A DNA stretch of 64,000 nt, filler included, from Sanchytrium tribonematis (lineage: Eukaryota), in NCBI GenBank assembly GCA_018985235.1. It is 5 parts of 5 records of this genome, joined end to end, with 100 filler letters (N's around TTAATTAATTAA, not from the genome) between each part and the next. Parts side by side here need not be neighbours in the genome. Positions count along the whole stretch, not along the records: positions 26,054 to 38,943 come from JADGIG010000206.1; positions 39,044 to 51,904 come from JADGIG010000207.1; 3 more parts are not named here. One strand, given 5' to 3'. Below are positions 34,476 through 45,334 of the stretch, in pieces; position 1 is the stretch's first letter; each line of letters begins with the position of its first letter. A program made the translations under genes and the position numbers. A model generated the notes under the pieces. That model saw nothing but the letters and a program-made list of their open reading frames with translations. It had not been told where the DNA came from and searched no databases.

Positions 34476-34961
34476 TCATCGAATTATATCCTCCATGTCT
34501 TGGCTTTGTGAATTTGGTATCTTAATGTCATCAATTCCTATTTCGAGATCGTCAACGATATCTTCATCGACTTCATTCTCAATGCCTACTTCAACATCCG
34601 AGTCATCCATCTTGATTTCGTCATGTGGATTAATCTCATCTTTTTGATCATCTGTTTTACCTTTCTTTGCCGCAAATTTTTCCGCCTCTTCCATTATTCT
34701 AGCATGTACCATGTCATCTATGTCTTCAAGCCAGGCTTTATATCCAATATCCTCTATGCTCTTTTTATAATCTTCTTCTTTTATTGTCTTGATTTTAGTT
34801 TTTGTTGAAGCAATTGTTGTTATAAATGCAAGAAACAATACTGCACTTTCGTTCAACAAGTCAATCGCAGGCGGTTGAATTCTTTTCTCGTTCAAAATGG
34901 GCTTTACAATCTTTCTGAGTGTAGCTTTGGGAAACGTAAACTCGGATATTCCTCCACTCAT
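34476..34961 (-). CDS. Histone-fold protein (Dpb4/POLE3 or NC2-beta-like) with acidic tail
   Basis: FPKATLRKIVK...ESAVLFLAFIT...KTIKEED. Confidence 0.7.
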   Translation of the reverse strand: MSGGISEFTFPKATLRKIVKPILNEKRIQPPAIDLLNESAVLFLAFITTIASTKTKIKTIKEEDYKKSIEDIGYKAWLEDIDDMVHARIMEEAEKFAAKKGKTDDQKDEINPHDEIKMDDSDVEVGIENEVDEDIVDDLEIGIDDIKIPNSQSQDMEDIIR

Positions 34962-34994
34962 TTTCAGACTAGGAGAATTGCAATAAGAATTTTA

Positions 34995-35640
34995 TTAGTG
35001 ACACTTTTGCGCGTGCTTGTTCCATAATACATGTATTGGATTTCTCGCGGACGTAATGGGTATCCACTGATTGCATTTATGACACATTCCGCAAGTAGCT
35101 TGGCTTAAGTGGTCAATTTTAAGTTCAATTGGTTTCTGATATGGTCGACTAAATTATTTTAAATTACCCAGTGGAAGACGAAATGCCATGTATTATATTT
35201 AAATGATACCAGTATTGACTTATTTTTATATTAAACCACGATGGTCGCTTGCATAAACGACACAAGCCTTCTTTGGTTTTCCCTTTACCCCGCACATAAA
35301 TTGGGGTATATAAATCTTCTTTTGACTTGATAAATTGGGACAGTCCCTGAAGCTCTATAATTGTCCTGTGATATGACGCAGTCTCAAGAGCAATTTTATC
35401 AATATCTTCTATGGGTTGCGAATCGATCGGACTCCTCTCTTGTAGTGGATCATAATCTTTATCCGTTTTCAGTTTTCCGTAAAATTTGTGTGCGGAAGTT
35501 TTATCGTTAAAACGACTACTTTTATTTTCATGCGTTATTTCCTTCGCCGCCATCTTTGATACAAGTATTAAGGATTTAAAAAGTCTGCTTGTTTGTTCTG
35601 ATAAGTGTGCTTGTTCGTCTTGTATATTTAATGCTATCAT
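34995..35640 (-). CDS. Rua1 C-terminal (DUF4451-like) Cys/His domain protein; join(complement 35168..35640, 34995..35148)
   Basis: DLYTPIYVRG, EGLCRLC, YWYHLNIIHGISS. A 19-nt intron at 35149-35167 adds GRPYQKP...CGMCHKCNQWI...WNKHAQKCH. Confidence 0.8.
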
Positions 35641-35732
35641 CGTTTTGTATTTGGCCTATCGGCATTTTATTGCACATGCTATTGACCCATTCAAAGTATA
35701 TAAACACGAAAGCACAAAATTTTAAATAAATT

Positions 35733-38700
35733 TTATTGTTCACTTAGTTTGACATAACTAGATGGTGCGAATTTCTTTTTGAGTTTCTTGAGTATTAAAA
35801 GCGGGACACAACTGCTTAGTGTCAAGACGGCGGTTTTCCATATAAAAGTACCACCCGAAATATATCTTAAATCTATATAAAACCAAATTACTGAAATCAG
35901 GAAGAACAACCATTGCGATTAAATAAACAATCACACTGGCGACTTCCGCGTAAACCATAAATCTGTGCCAGGTATTGATTTCTATGGCGACCATGATCAA
36001 CTCATTAAATATTAATGCAGTAAATGTTATTGCTACGATGTGTATAAATTCTGACTCGAATAAGTATAGTGCAAACAACATTATGATTCCGCCTTGGTAT
36101 ATTGAAATGACAGTCCAAATTAAAAATGTTTTTGTATTAAGGGCCCTTCCTTTAACTAAATCTCTATACAGCTCTGGATATTCCATTGCTAAATTGGGAG
36201 TGACATCTTGATCTAAAACAAGTGAAAACACAGGCCACATAGTAAAAATGGTGGAATAACCAACTAATAGAGCACCCTGGTATAGTGCAATAGGCGCAAA
36301 GAAAAATAAAGAGCTAAAAACTGCTTGGAGAAATGATATAATAAGACCTCTGTGTATCACAAATTGACTCAATTTTGCTGTTCTTTTGTAACAGCATCTT
36401 CCGTGCCAGAGCAATAACCTAGCTATGTGACTGAATTGAGTTATCGAAAAATCTGCAGCAAGAGATGCTTGCTTGCCTTCTTTTCCAACGATTCCAATTC
36501 CGCAATGACCTGTTTGAATCATTGAAACGTCATTCCCACCGTCACCAATAGCAGCAACTCTCTTTCCGGTAAAATCCATAATTAGCTTCGTAACATCTGC
36601 TTTTTGCGTTGGGGAACATCTACAGCATACTACAGCAGGAAGTTCCACAGCTCTTTTTATAAAATCATCTTTTAGATGATCTAAGCACGTTTGCAAGCTC
36701 AATCCATCTACGACAAGACAGTAATTGGAATTCGAGTCAATTTTTCTCAATATATCTAGACAATCGTTGGGAGATGTGCATTTCGCGATTGGCAACAATT
36801 CTTGATCTCTACTACACAATCTAGTCGACATTGCTATTGTTTGAGCAGTTTCTATTTTGTCACCAGTCAACATCCAAATCTTGATACCGGCTTCTCTTAA
36901 TGTTTCCAGGGTATGCTTTACATTATCTTGCAATTTATCTTCAACACCAGTCAAACCAAGTAAAGTCATTTGCTTCGAAATAAAATCAAATACCTTATTT
37001 GTTTGCTGCACTCTATCTGGACTGAGCTGTGCAGCCAGATATCTTTCCTGAAATGATTTATACAATTTTGTATCCAGATCCCTTTTTGCGACAGCCAAAA
37101 CTCGCAAACCTTCTCTTGCCATATTAGTAGTTTCTTCATCAAGCCAGTCATTGGCTAATACCAATTTTGCTACTACAGTATCTGCCCCTTTTACATATAA
37201 AGTTATGTTATCCATAGCATCTTGAATGACAATACCCATTCTTTTTGTCTCACTTGTGAAAGGAAAAGTTTGTAAAATTTTGTAAACGTGAATTGTGTTA
37301 TGATATTTGATATGAATAGAGCCCATATCTCGGTGAATGAGAGAATAGCCTATACGCTTTGTAAATTCCACGATAGCAATTTCGTCTGGACTACTTGCTT
37401 GATAACTTATCGTCTTGTCAAACTCAGAATAACTTGGTGTCACATTATGACATACTGCCAACGCAATCACCAACTCTAAAGCTTTTGGCTTGATATTTTC
37501 CATCAATTCGTCAAAAGTTTCGACAGTATACGCCACGTATCCCAAATGTAGTTTCTTAAGCTCCATTTCGTTTTTTGTTAAAGTCCCAGTCTTGTCGCTT
37601 AAAAGGTATTCTATTCTCCCAAGCTCTTCAGGAAGATGGGAGGTTCTGACAACTGTATCGTTAATCTGGTCGTCTTTTTGAATGGCATATGAATAATAAG
37701 TCTTTGCCATATCCAAATTGACTCTTAAACTAATTGGAATAATGCTTGAAAATAAAATCATAAACCTAGTTATAAGTATATACCATTCGCTTTTGTTTGT
37801 ACTAAATAAATACATAATCATCGATAGAGCAAAAGTGAAAACAAATAAAACTTTTGACAGATAGTTTAACTCTAAATCTACAATTCCTACCTTATTTTGA
37901 GGCATTTTTGTATTAAGCATCGACTTTGTCTCTTTACCAGTATAGAGAACTAGGCCATACACAACGGTGTTACTAGCAACAATTGTATTTGCCCATAAAG
38001 CATTGTCGATGCTCAAAGGTATGGCTTCATAGGGACTTTTTGAGCCATTTAAATGCTTCAATTCAATCATACTATGATCCGATGTAGCGGATTGTGGACT
38101 TAGAGAAGGAGAATGTGGTTTGGCGTCCAAAGAAAATTTTTCCACCATCATTGTGCCAAAGAAGCTATATAAATCTTTGTGTGGTTCTTCGTAATTCACT
38201 TTGATATATTTACATTGGTGAAGTGGTATATTTTGAGTGTGTGGAACAGGAACTTTTAACTTCCAATCTGTTTCGCCGTCAAGTTGGTCAGTTCGTAAAA
38301 ACATGCTTTCATTCTGGTCGACTTCTCCAATTGCTTCTTTCTTGGATCCATCAACGCATTTAACCAGTAAAAGGTCCGATGGTACTCTAGAATTTTTTGT
38401 GAGCATGATTACGTCACCCACTCTCAGTTGGGATGCTGATTTAATTGTAGTGTATTCGTTTTGTGCTTCTAGATTATCTACAGAACTATCAATGACCTTG
38501 TAAAGTTCTTTGTTTAATTCCCCATCTCTTCGCTTTCTTTTCAAGTCATCTAGTGCCTCTTTCGACATGGTTATCATCAAAACAAAACAGAGAGGTCCAA
38601 AGTAAGTAATTAAATATCCAATACGAAGTTGAGGAATCAGCTGGCTCATTGCGACTAATAAGAAATACATATTAAAAAACATCTTAAACTGTTCAAATAA

Positions 38701-38895
38701 AATTAACGGTATAAATGAGTATATTGTGTATTTTGTATTTTCTATAGAATTAGGAGGTGATTTATAAACTGCGGGTTTTATGTCATACGAAGAATTGTAT
38801 TCTGTGGTATATTTTGGGTTGCCGGTAGCGTAATCTGGATAATCTGAGTGGAAAAAGTAGCAAAAGCGGTCGGAATTCGAATTTTTCGAGCCCAT
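35733..38895 (-). CDS. NEO1: P4-type ATPase (phospholipid flippase) Neo1/ATP9; join(complement 35892..38895, 35733..35872)
   Basis: TDQLDGETDWKL, DKTGTLT, WMLTGDK, GDGGNDVSMIQ. A 19-nt intron at 35873-35891 restores the last TM helix and the APSSYVKL tail. Confidence 0.93.
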
Positions 38896-38943
38896 TCCTT
38901 TGTTTCAAAAATTAAGCATTATACTAAAAGCAATTTACTTTAC

Positions 38944-39043
38944 NNNNNNNNNNNNNNNNNNNNNNNNNNNNNNNNNNNNNNNNNNNNTTAATTAATTAAN
39001 NNNNNNNNNNNNNNNNNNNNNNNNNNNNNNNNNNNNNNNNNNN
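38944..39043. other. Artificial contig spacer
   Basis: N44-TTAATTAATTAA-N44. Confidence 0.97.
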
Positions 39044-39541
39044 TCAGTGAAATCTCCGCTCTTTGTTGGTTTCTAAAGTAAAGAGTGCTGAAATATAATG
39101 TTCCTGTTGCTGTAGGAAATACGATATACCAATATGGAAACAACCTTCTAGCAAAAGACATCCGTGTATCACAACTCGAATCTTATGAATATTTTGCCAA
39201 TGCTTAAACCCATACTACATTGGATCAATGCTTTGGTCATTCACTAATTACGAAGATGGTTACATAAATTATGATATCAAAAATATAAATTAAAATCAAG
39301 TCATTATGTAGGTGGCAAAAATATTGCATTAATTTACTCTTTCAATGACAATTTTAGAATTTTTCTAGAAAATTGCACAATTTTTTTCCCGAAAGTGGTG
39401 GCCGTTAATATGAAATGCGGGTGAATAATATCAAATAGAGGCGACGATTTCGGGTGTCCTTTCCAATTAAGTAGCGATCTACTTTAGACCTGCCATTTTA
39501 TGGTATAAATTAAGAAGCTGCCCTATATTTATGCAAGAACA

Positions 39542-39817
39542 ATGAATAGACAACGCCAAATTTGGCCTTCAACAATGAGGGGCAATTTAGACCATACTTG
39601 GCCTGAAGTATTTGATTTGGAAGCTGTATTGTACGCACAGGATCAAATTCTGAAATCCTTGCCGAAGCCTATATTTCCCAAGCAATTGACTCCTGCCCAA
39701 GCCGATCTCGAGTCTGTGAGATTAATGAAGCGCCAATTCGGATTTCATGGAAGAAAGACTTCTCATTGCCCAGGTTGTGGTTGGTGCGGTAGTTCTACTT
39801 CTTCCTCTAAATCTTAA
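39542..39817 (+). CDS. Small hypothetical protein with C-terminal HCxxCxxC
   Basis: 91-aa ATG ORF only. Confidence 0.4.
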   Translation: MNRQRQIWPSTMRGNLDHTWPEVFDLEAVLYAQDQILKSLPKPIFPKQLTPAQADLESVRLMKRQFGFHGRKTSHCPGCGWCGSSTSSSKS

Positions 39818-40035
39818 CACATTTAAGGTTCTTTATAGATATTATAGAAAGTAAATTAAATTATATTAATTCCATTAAATCCGAAGTTCTTACGATAACA
39901 CATTGATTTGAAAACCAAACCCATCATGGCTATGGCGAAATCGAATGATTTCTATGGTCCCGTATCACCAAATTGCCGAATTAACAGGAGCTCAGACAAA
40001 TTCGTAGAAAAGGGAAGAAACGGTTTTAAGTCATA

Positions 40036-40401
40036 ATGAGTGCCCAAACAGAGAGTAATAACGAAAATAAAGAGTGGCTACCGTCCTTAAGTATAGTGTT
40101 AAACCACGCAAATATAGACTATAATATTCGATCCCAGCCTGTAAGCCAGTCTAGCATTTTGGATGACATATCATTATACACTACCAACAACAACCCAGAA
40201 AGAAAATGTCCCCATTGTGACAAAGTATTTAAAAATATCCATGCAAAGAAGAAGCACGAGACTAGCGTTCATGGCCCGAAACTTCCTTGTGAATATTGCG
40301 GTAAAATGCTAAAAGTTTATGGTAGACATGATCTGATGAAGCAGCATCTAGACAGATGTAAAAAGTACAAGCTTTTCCTTGATGAAAACATCAGTAAATA
40401 G
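40036..40401 (+). CDS. Small C2H2/C2HC zinc-finger protein
   Basis: CPHCDKVF...HETSVH and CEYCGK...HLDRC. Confidence 0.8.
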   Translation: MSAQTESNNENKEWLPSLSIVLNHANIDYNIRSQPVSQSSILDDISLYTTNNNPERKCPHCDKVFKNIHAKKKHETSVHGPKLPCEYCGKMLKVYGRHDLMKQHLDRCKKYKLFLDENISK

Positions 40402-40514
40402 TTCAAAATTTTGTTTATTAAATACCTTTTTTCCTTCAAATAAGCGGCAAAAAGGGCGATTGGAGCCTCCTTGTTTCTGCTTTGTTAATTACATGGAATT
40501 TTAGGTCACTCCAA

Positions 40515-41219
40515 ATGAATGTAGATAAAACACGAAAAATAAAGCTTCCACCTTTAACTCATTTTAAAGAAAGATATGCCCAAATAAAAGACAGCAGGCA
40601 TGATTTAGGCCTTCAAACTGAGATAAAAGAAATTCCAATAACAATGAGAGAGGTCCAAATGGAGACAGACCTACTACTAAATAGACCACCAACACCTCCA
40701 TATGTCCCTATTAAGCCAGGTATTGACGCAGAAATTCAGGCTGAAGAATTGTTTGATTTTGATTTGGAAGTGCAGCCTTTATTAGATATCATTGTAGACC
40801 AGATTGTTGGAGATGCTTATGTTAAGTATTATTATGATAAGGAGTTGGAAAAGGTTCATTTACAAATACAACAGCACAAAGACAGACAATTTAAGTATTT
40901 AGTGGAGTTACAAAAATTCGAATTAGCAGAGCAAGATATGCACGAGCAGAGAGAAAAACTAATGCTTCAATTTGCTGCCGCTCAAGACAAAGCTTCGAAA
41001 GAGAGGGAGCAGAATAAAAAAGCAAAAGACATTCAAAATACAATAGGTAGCATATTAATGGATGTGGAGCTAAATTTGTTTAGCAGAAAGCAAGCTAAAA
41101 CAAGCCAAATTGATCTTAAACCGGAAATTTTTAATAACAATCTACTTTCCACTCCTCAAAATGGTGAATTAGCTGAAGCAATTGTTGCAAATATTATTTT
41201 AGATGCTTTCGAACAATAA
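40515..41219 (+). CDS. RSPH3: Flagellar radial spoke protein 3
   Basis: RPPTPPYVPIKPGIDAEIQ..ELFDFDLEVQPLLDIIV. Confidence 0.85.
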   Translation: MNVDKTRKIKLPPLTHFKERYAQIKDSRHDLGLQTEIKEIPITMREVQMETDLLLNRPPTPPYVPIKPGIDAEIQAEELFDFDLEVQPLLDIIVDQIVGDAYVKYYYDKELEKVHLQIQQHKDRQFKYLVELQKFELAEQDMHEQREKLMLQFAAAQDKASKEREQNKKAKDIQNTIGSILMDVELNLFSRKQAKTSQIDLKPEIFNNNLLSTPQNGELAEAIVANIILDAFEQ

Positions 41220-41227
41220 ATTTGAAT

Positions 41228-42346
41228 TTACTGATAGGCTTGACACATCCGAAGTAGAATTGGCGTAGTCCCTTTTAAAAATCGCACCATTGCTAAAGCT
41301 TGTACATTTGTCATCATTTCTAATTCTAATTCTGGTATAGAATCAATTGCTTCAGGAAATCTAGAAAGCGAAGATGCTCGAGAAACAGAATCGACAGATG
41401 CTTGCTTCACCAAGTACCCGCAAGTTCGCTCTTGATAGGTTGGCATATTTAGATAATCAATACTTTCCATTTCTTCGTAGCCAAAACATTTAAAAATTGC
41501 AATAAAAAGCTGTTCTAATTGAGACATGCTTAACTTCAATGTAAGAAGCACATCTACTACCTTGTTCACCAAGTCGTGAAAGAACAAACGAAAAAACTTG
41601 GACTGATTTAACATGCAGCCAATATAAATTAAATTTCTGATCATATTTCTAAAGTTATTTGGCTGTGTTATACTGAAATCCAGTTTTTCAATTAAACTTG
41701 ATTTAAAAGCTTCATACCCTTCCTTCGTCATCATGACAAGTCTTAAAGATTTAAGATCTTTTGCAAAATAAATCTCAATATCGTCAGTGGGATCTAATAT
41801 ACTTGGCTGCCATGCACTCATCATCCATCCAGTACAAAACATAATGTCTTGAAAGCTCAAATTTCTCAATTTTTTATGAAGGCATTCCATTCTATGTATG
41901 CAAAGGAAAGCGACATGGCAATATTGAACTGCCAATTCTTGTTGAAAGCAAAATTCGCTGGTTAAAATTTGAATACCTCTTTCACCTGGTTGCATTTCCT
42001 CAATTCTCTTTACTACAAATTTTATATTATTAAATTGTTTTTCGTTTAAAGTTATTTCATCCATTTCTTTCTTCGTGCGGCTAGTTAATTTTTTGCCCAA
42101 TAACTCTCTTACATAAGCGTCATTTAACTGGTAGTATGTTTGCACTATAATAATTTTGGCGTTTGCAGTTATGTTTAATAAATCAGTCGCAATGAAATAG
42201 CTTGGATTTTTGAGAATTGGCTCCATATAATTGTAAAGCCGAAATTGCTCCATTTCAAACGAAGTTAGGCGACTAGTGTCCTCGTTTGCGAGCCATTTTT
42301 TGAACTGTTCTGGATGAAAAAATGGGTTTGAGGAAACTAATAACAT
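41228..42346 (-). CDS. FIBP: Acidic FGF intracellular-binding protein (FIBP)-like
   Basis: YYQLNDAYVRELLGKKLTSRTKKEMDEI...QFNNIKFVVK..EE; IGCMLNQSK..R.FF.DLV.KVV. Confidence 0.75.
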   Translation of the reverse strand: MLLVSSNPFFHPEQFKKWLANEDTSRLTSFEMEQFRLYNYMEPILKNPSYFIATDLLNITANAKIIIVQTYYQLNDAYVRELLGKKLTSRTKKEMDEITLNEKQFNNIKFVVKRIEEMQPGERGIQILTSEFCFQQELAVQYCHVAFLCIHRMECLHKKLRNLSFQDIMFCTGWMMSAWQPSILDPTDDIEIYFAKDLKSLRLVMMTKEGYEAFKSSLIEKLDFSITQPNNFRNMIRNLIYIGCMLNQSKFFRLFFHDLVNKVVDVLLTLKLSMSQLEQLFIAIFKCFGYEEMESIDYLNMPTYQERTCGYLVKQASVDSVSRASSLSRFPEAIDSIPELELEMMTNVQALAMVRFLKGTTPILLRMCQAYQ

Positions 42347-42374
42347 TAAAGTCAATTTTTGCTACAAGAGGAGA

Positions 42375-43431
42375 ATGGACGAGTTAATATTACCATTACC
42401 TGATCTGAAATTGGTGCAGTATGCTTTCAACAAACAGGTCGATTTGGCTGTCGAAGAAATTAAAAAATACAAGATGAAGCCATACTATGAGTTTTTGCAA
42501 AAGTCTCAAAAGCTTCCGAAATTGCAAGGGCTAGACGCTGATCCATTGGAGCATCCTGCATTAGAAGAGGATGATGATTATGCAAAAATGCAGCAAACTG
42601 TCAAATCTGCTGTTTATTTAGCTCAGCAAGGATCCTTGGATGCAATTCCGATTTTTGAACAGGTCATTTCTCAAAGTGGAAATGCAGGTCTCAAAATAGA
42701 AGCCTTGCTGGCTTGTGTTCGTTTGCACTGGCTATATAATAAAGATCCGGCACCTTTGTTTGCCAAATTGGATACTTTGGTTGAGAATGCAGATTGGGAC
42801 AGAAGAAACAAATATAAGGTATACAAAGCTGTTTATTTGCTAACCAAAAGACAATTTACTGAAAGTTCAGTACTGTTAGCAGAGACATTGAGTACTTTCA
42901 CAAGTTATGAACTGTGTACATTTCAGGAATATACTCAAATAGCTGTGATTGTCTGCATTTTAACTCATTCCCGCCCAGATTTGAAAAAATTGAATATTCA
43001 AGTTGATAGTCCTTTATTTGTCGAATACCAACAATCTCTTTATCTATGTAATTATGGGGACTTTTTTCTCAAGCTGTCTGATATTGAAGAATACATGGAA
43101 AAACACTGGTTCTTGAGTCTACATTTAAAATACTACATTAAGGAAATGAAATTGAAAGCCTATCAGCAAGTTCTTACTAGTTACCAAAGTATTCATATCC
43201 ACCACTTGGCTAGATTATTTGGCGTTTCCAATGATTATATTGAATCGTAATCAGTATTTATTTAGAGAATTATTTAAGGCAATTTCAAGCGGCAGAATTA
43301 ATGCTCAAATTGACAAGGTTAATGGAATGGTCAAAATGGCACCTAAAAAGGGTCTTTATACAGAAATCATGAAAGTGGGTGATCAACTCATGAACAAAAT
43401 TCAAGCCTTGAGTAGAGTAATTTACACTTGA
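42375..43431 (+). CDS. RPN7: 26S proteasome regulatory subunit Rpn7; join(42375..43246,43266..43431)
   Basis: ADWDRRNKYKVY, STFTSYEL, PCI domain. A 19-nt intron at 43247-43265 gives YIESELFKAISSGRINAQIDKVNG. Confidence 0.93.
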
Positions 43432-43450
43432 GAAATAAATTTAAAACAAA

Positions 43451-44665
43451 ATGTCTGATTCTTTGCGACAAAGAGCCATTTATTTACAAAAAGAATTTGA
43501 GTTGGATGGAATAATCAAAGATAAAAGCACTAAACCATTGAGAAAAGTTACAAAGCTTGTCAAAAGTAAGATCAGAGAGTGGATGAACAAAAAACCCACT
43601 CATAACAAGGCTAGTTTCAGAGGATTTTGTCAAATGGTTGTGGAGCACAGATACTTTAAGGGATTCATGATGTTCACAATCCTTTTTAATATTATTGTAA
43701 TATGCATCAATTTATCAAATGCAGATCGTAGAACACCTGAAAGATGGTCCGTAATTGCGAATTGTATATTCATTGGAATTTACTCGTTTGAGTTTGGAGT
43801 GAGATTCTACGTTGACATTTTCTATTATACTCGAAGTGGATATGATTTCTTCGATATTGTCATTCTGTTTCTGAGCTATTTGGACATGATATATGGAAGT
43901 AAAATTCCCAATTCGTCTATTTTCAAGGTGCTCAGATCTTTGAGAGCACTTCGAATTTTTAGATCCATCGGATTTTTAAGGAAGCTGAGACTCATCATTG
44001 ATGCGCTTGGAAAAACTCTCAGAAATTCGGTATTTAATGTGACAATGCTACTAGTTTTAATGATGTTCATATTCGCAATTCTTGGTTGTAATATGTTTTC
44101 CAACACTCAGGAATTTTCAGATTTAAAATCAGCTTTCTTTGCATTATTTAGATATGTAACTGCAGAAAGCTGGATGGAAGTGCAGGACTCATTGACAAAA
44201 CATGGTTATTCTGGTTCGCAGTGGTTTTCGGTGGTTTTTATGTTCATTGCAAATACAGTGTTAACAAACTTGTTTATTGGAGTGATTTGCGAAAACATCG
44301 ATGAAGCAACAGCTGCAGATGAAGATGAACAAATGAATAAAAGGCTTAAGCAACAGCGAGAGAAAAGACAACTATTGGCCAAGAAGCAAGAAGAAGATAT
44401 GAAAAAACTTTTTGGCAAAAAACTTGATGCAGAAATTGATGCAAAAGAAGTAGAGGATCTTCTAGAGAAGATGGCAGGTAATTTAGAGAATGACTTGACC
44501 CCAATGAGGCATCAATATTTCAATCCAACATGGATGAATGCTTATCTCATTACATTAAAAAATAAAATGCAACTAATCATGAAACAACAGCAAGGGTATA
44601 TCCAGCTAGTCAACAGTCTGAAGGAAATGCAAGATGTACTCAATGAAGACAAGAAATCTGAATAA
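43451..44665 (+). CDS. Single-domain 6TM voltage-gated cation channel, CatSper alpha-subunit-like
   Basis: S4 KVLRSLRALRIFRSI, pore YVTAESW, S6 NLFIGVICENI, C-terminal coiled coil. Confidence 0.7.
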   Translation: MSDSLRQRAIYLQKEFELDGIIKDKSTKPLRKVTKLVKSKIREWMNKKPTHNKASFRGFCQMVVEHRYFKGFMMFTILFNIIVICINLSNADRRTPERWSVIANCIFIGIYSFEFGVRFYVDIFYYTRSGYDFFDIVILFLSYLDMIYGSKIPNSSIFKVLRSLRALRIFRSIGFLRKLRLIIDALGKTLRNSVFNVTMLLVLMMFIFAILGCNMFSNTQEFSDLKSAFFALFRYVTAESWMEVQDSLTKHGYSGSQWFSVVFMFIANTVLTNLFIGVICENIDEATAADEDEQMNKRLKQQREKRQLLAKKQEEDMKKLFGKKLDAEIDAKEVEDLLEKMAGNLENDLTPMRHQYFNPTWMNAYLITLKNKMQLIMKQQQGYIQLVNSLKEMQDVLNEDKKSE

Positions 44666-44783
44666 AATTACGTCCTTGGCACTAAAATGCTTGAATGTTT
44701 CATTTTCACCTCCTTGCTTCGATCTGCATTTTCTGCCGATCGAGATTTCGAAATAAAAGCAATGGCGAGTTTACTTGGAGGAT

Positions 44784-45197
44784 ATGACCGAGGACAGGCT
44801 CGACAACAATATTAATGCTAACGAAGATGATGTAAACGATATTAATGCGAATGAAAGCATCTCAAATGCTTCTAATAATAGCAGTAGCAATTCAAACTCA
44901 AATTCTAATGAAGGCAATAATTCTACAGAAAATGGTACTAGATCAAGTAAAAGTACTGATGATACTCCAGGAAAATCATATATTTGTTCAATTTGTGATA
45001 AATCTTTTACAAGAAATACAGATTTAAGAAGGCATGAAAAGTCACACAATGGTACAAAATCATATGCTTGCAATTTCTGCGGGAAAGGCTTTGTTAGAAG
45101 TGATACCCTTAATCGACATGTGAAAAATCAATGCAAAGGAAGGCTGAGTAACTTCCAACAAGACATTGTTAAAAAATACCCATTTGCGCATGAATGA
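44784..45197 (+). CDS. C2H2 zinc-finger transcription factor with Asn/Ser-rich N-terminus
   Basis: CSICDKSFTRNTDLRRHEKSH and CNFCGKGFVRSDTLNRH. Confidence 0.88.
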   Translation: MTEDRLDNNINANEDDVNDINANESISNASNNSSSNSNSNSNEGNNSTENGTRSSKSTDDTPGKSYICSICDKSFTRNTDLRRHEKSHNGTKSYACNFCGKGFVRSDTLNRHVKNQCKGRLSNFQQDIVKKYPFAHE

Positions 45198-45334
45198 CCA
45201 GTTGACTATCAATTATCTGATGGGAAAGGAAGCTGATTTAACAAGGAGGAAAAATGATCTCACGCAAAATATAATTGACAGACTTAGTACAAACAAAAGA
45301 CGAAAAATCAAAGCCAAGTAAATACATTAATATC

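Noticed and set aside
45190..45321. 43-codon ORF after the zinc-finger gene as a spliced last exon
   Set aside because: No GT/GC..AG segment of suitable length and phase found; unsupported.
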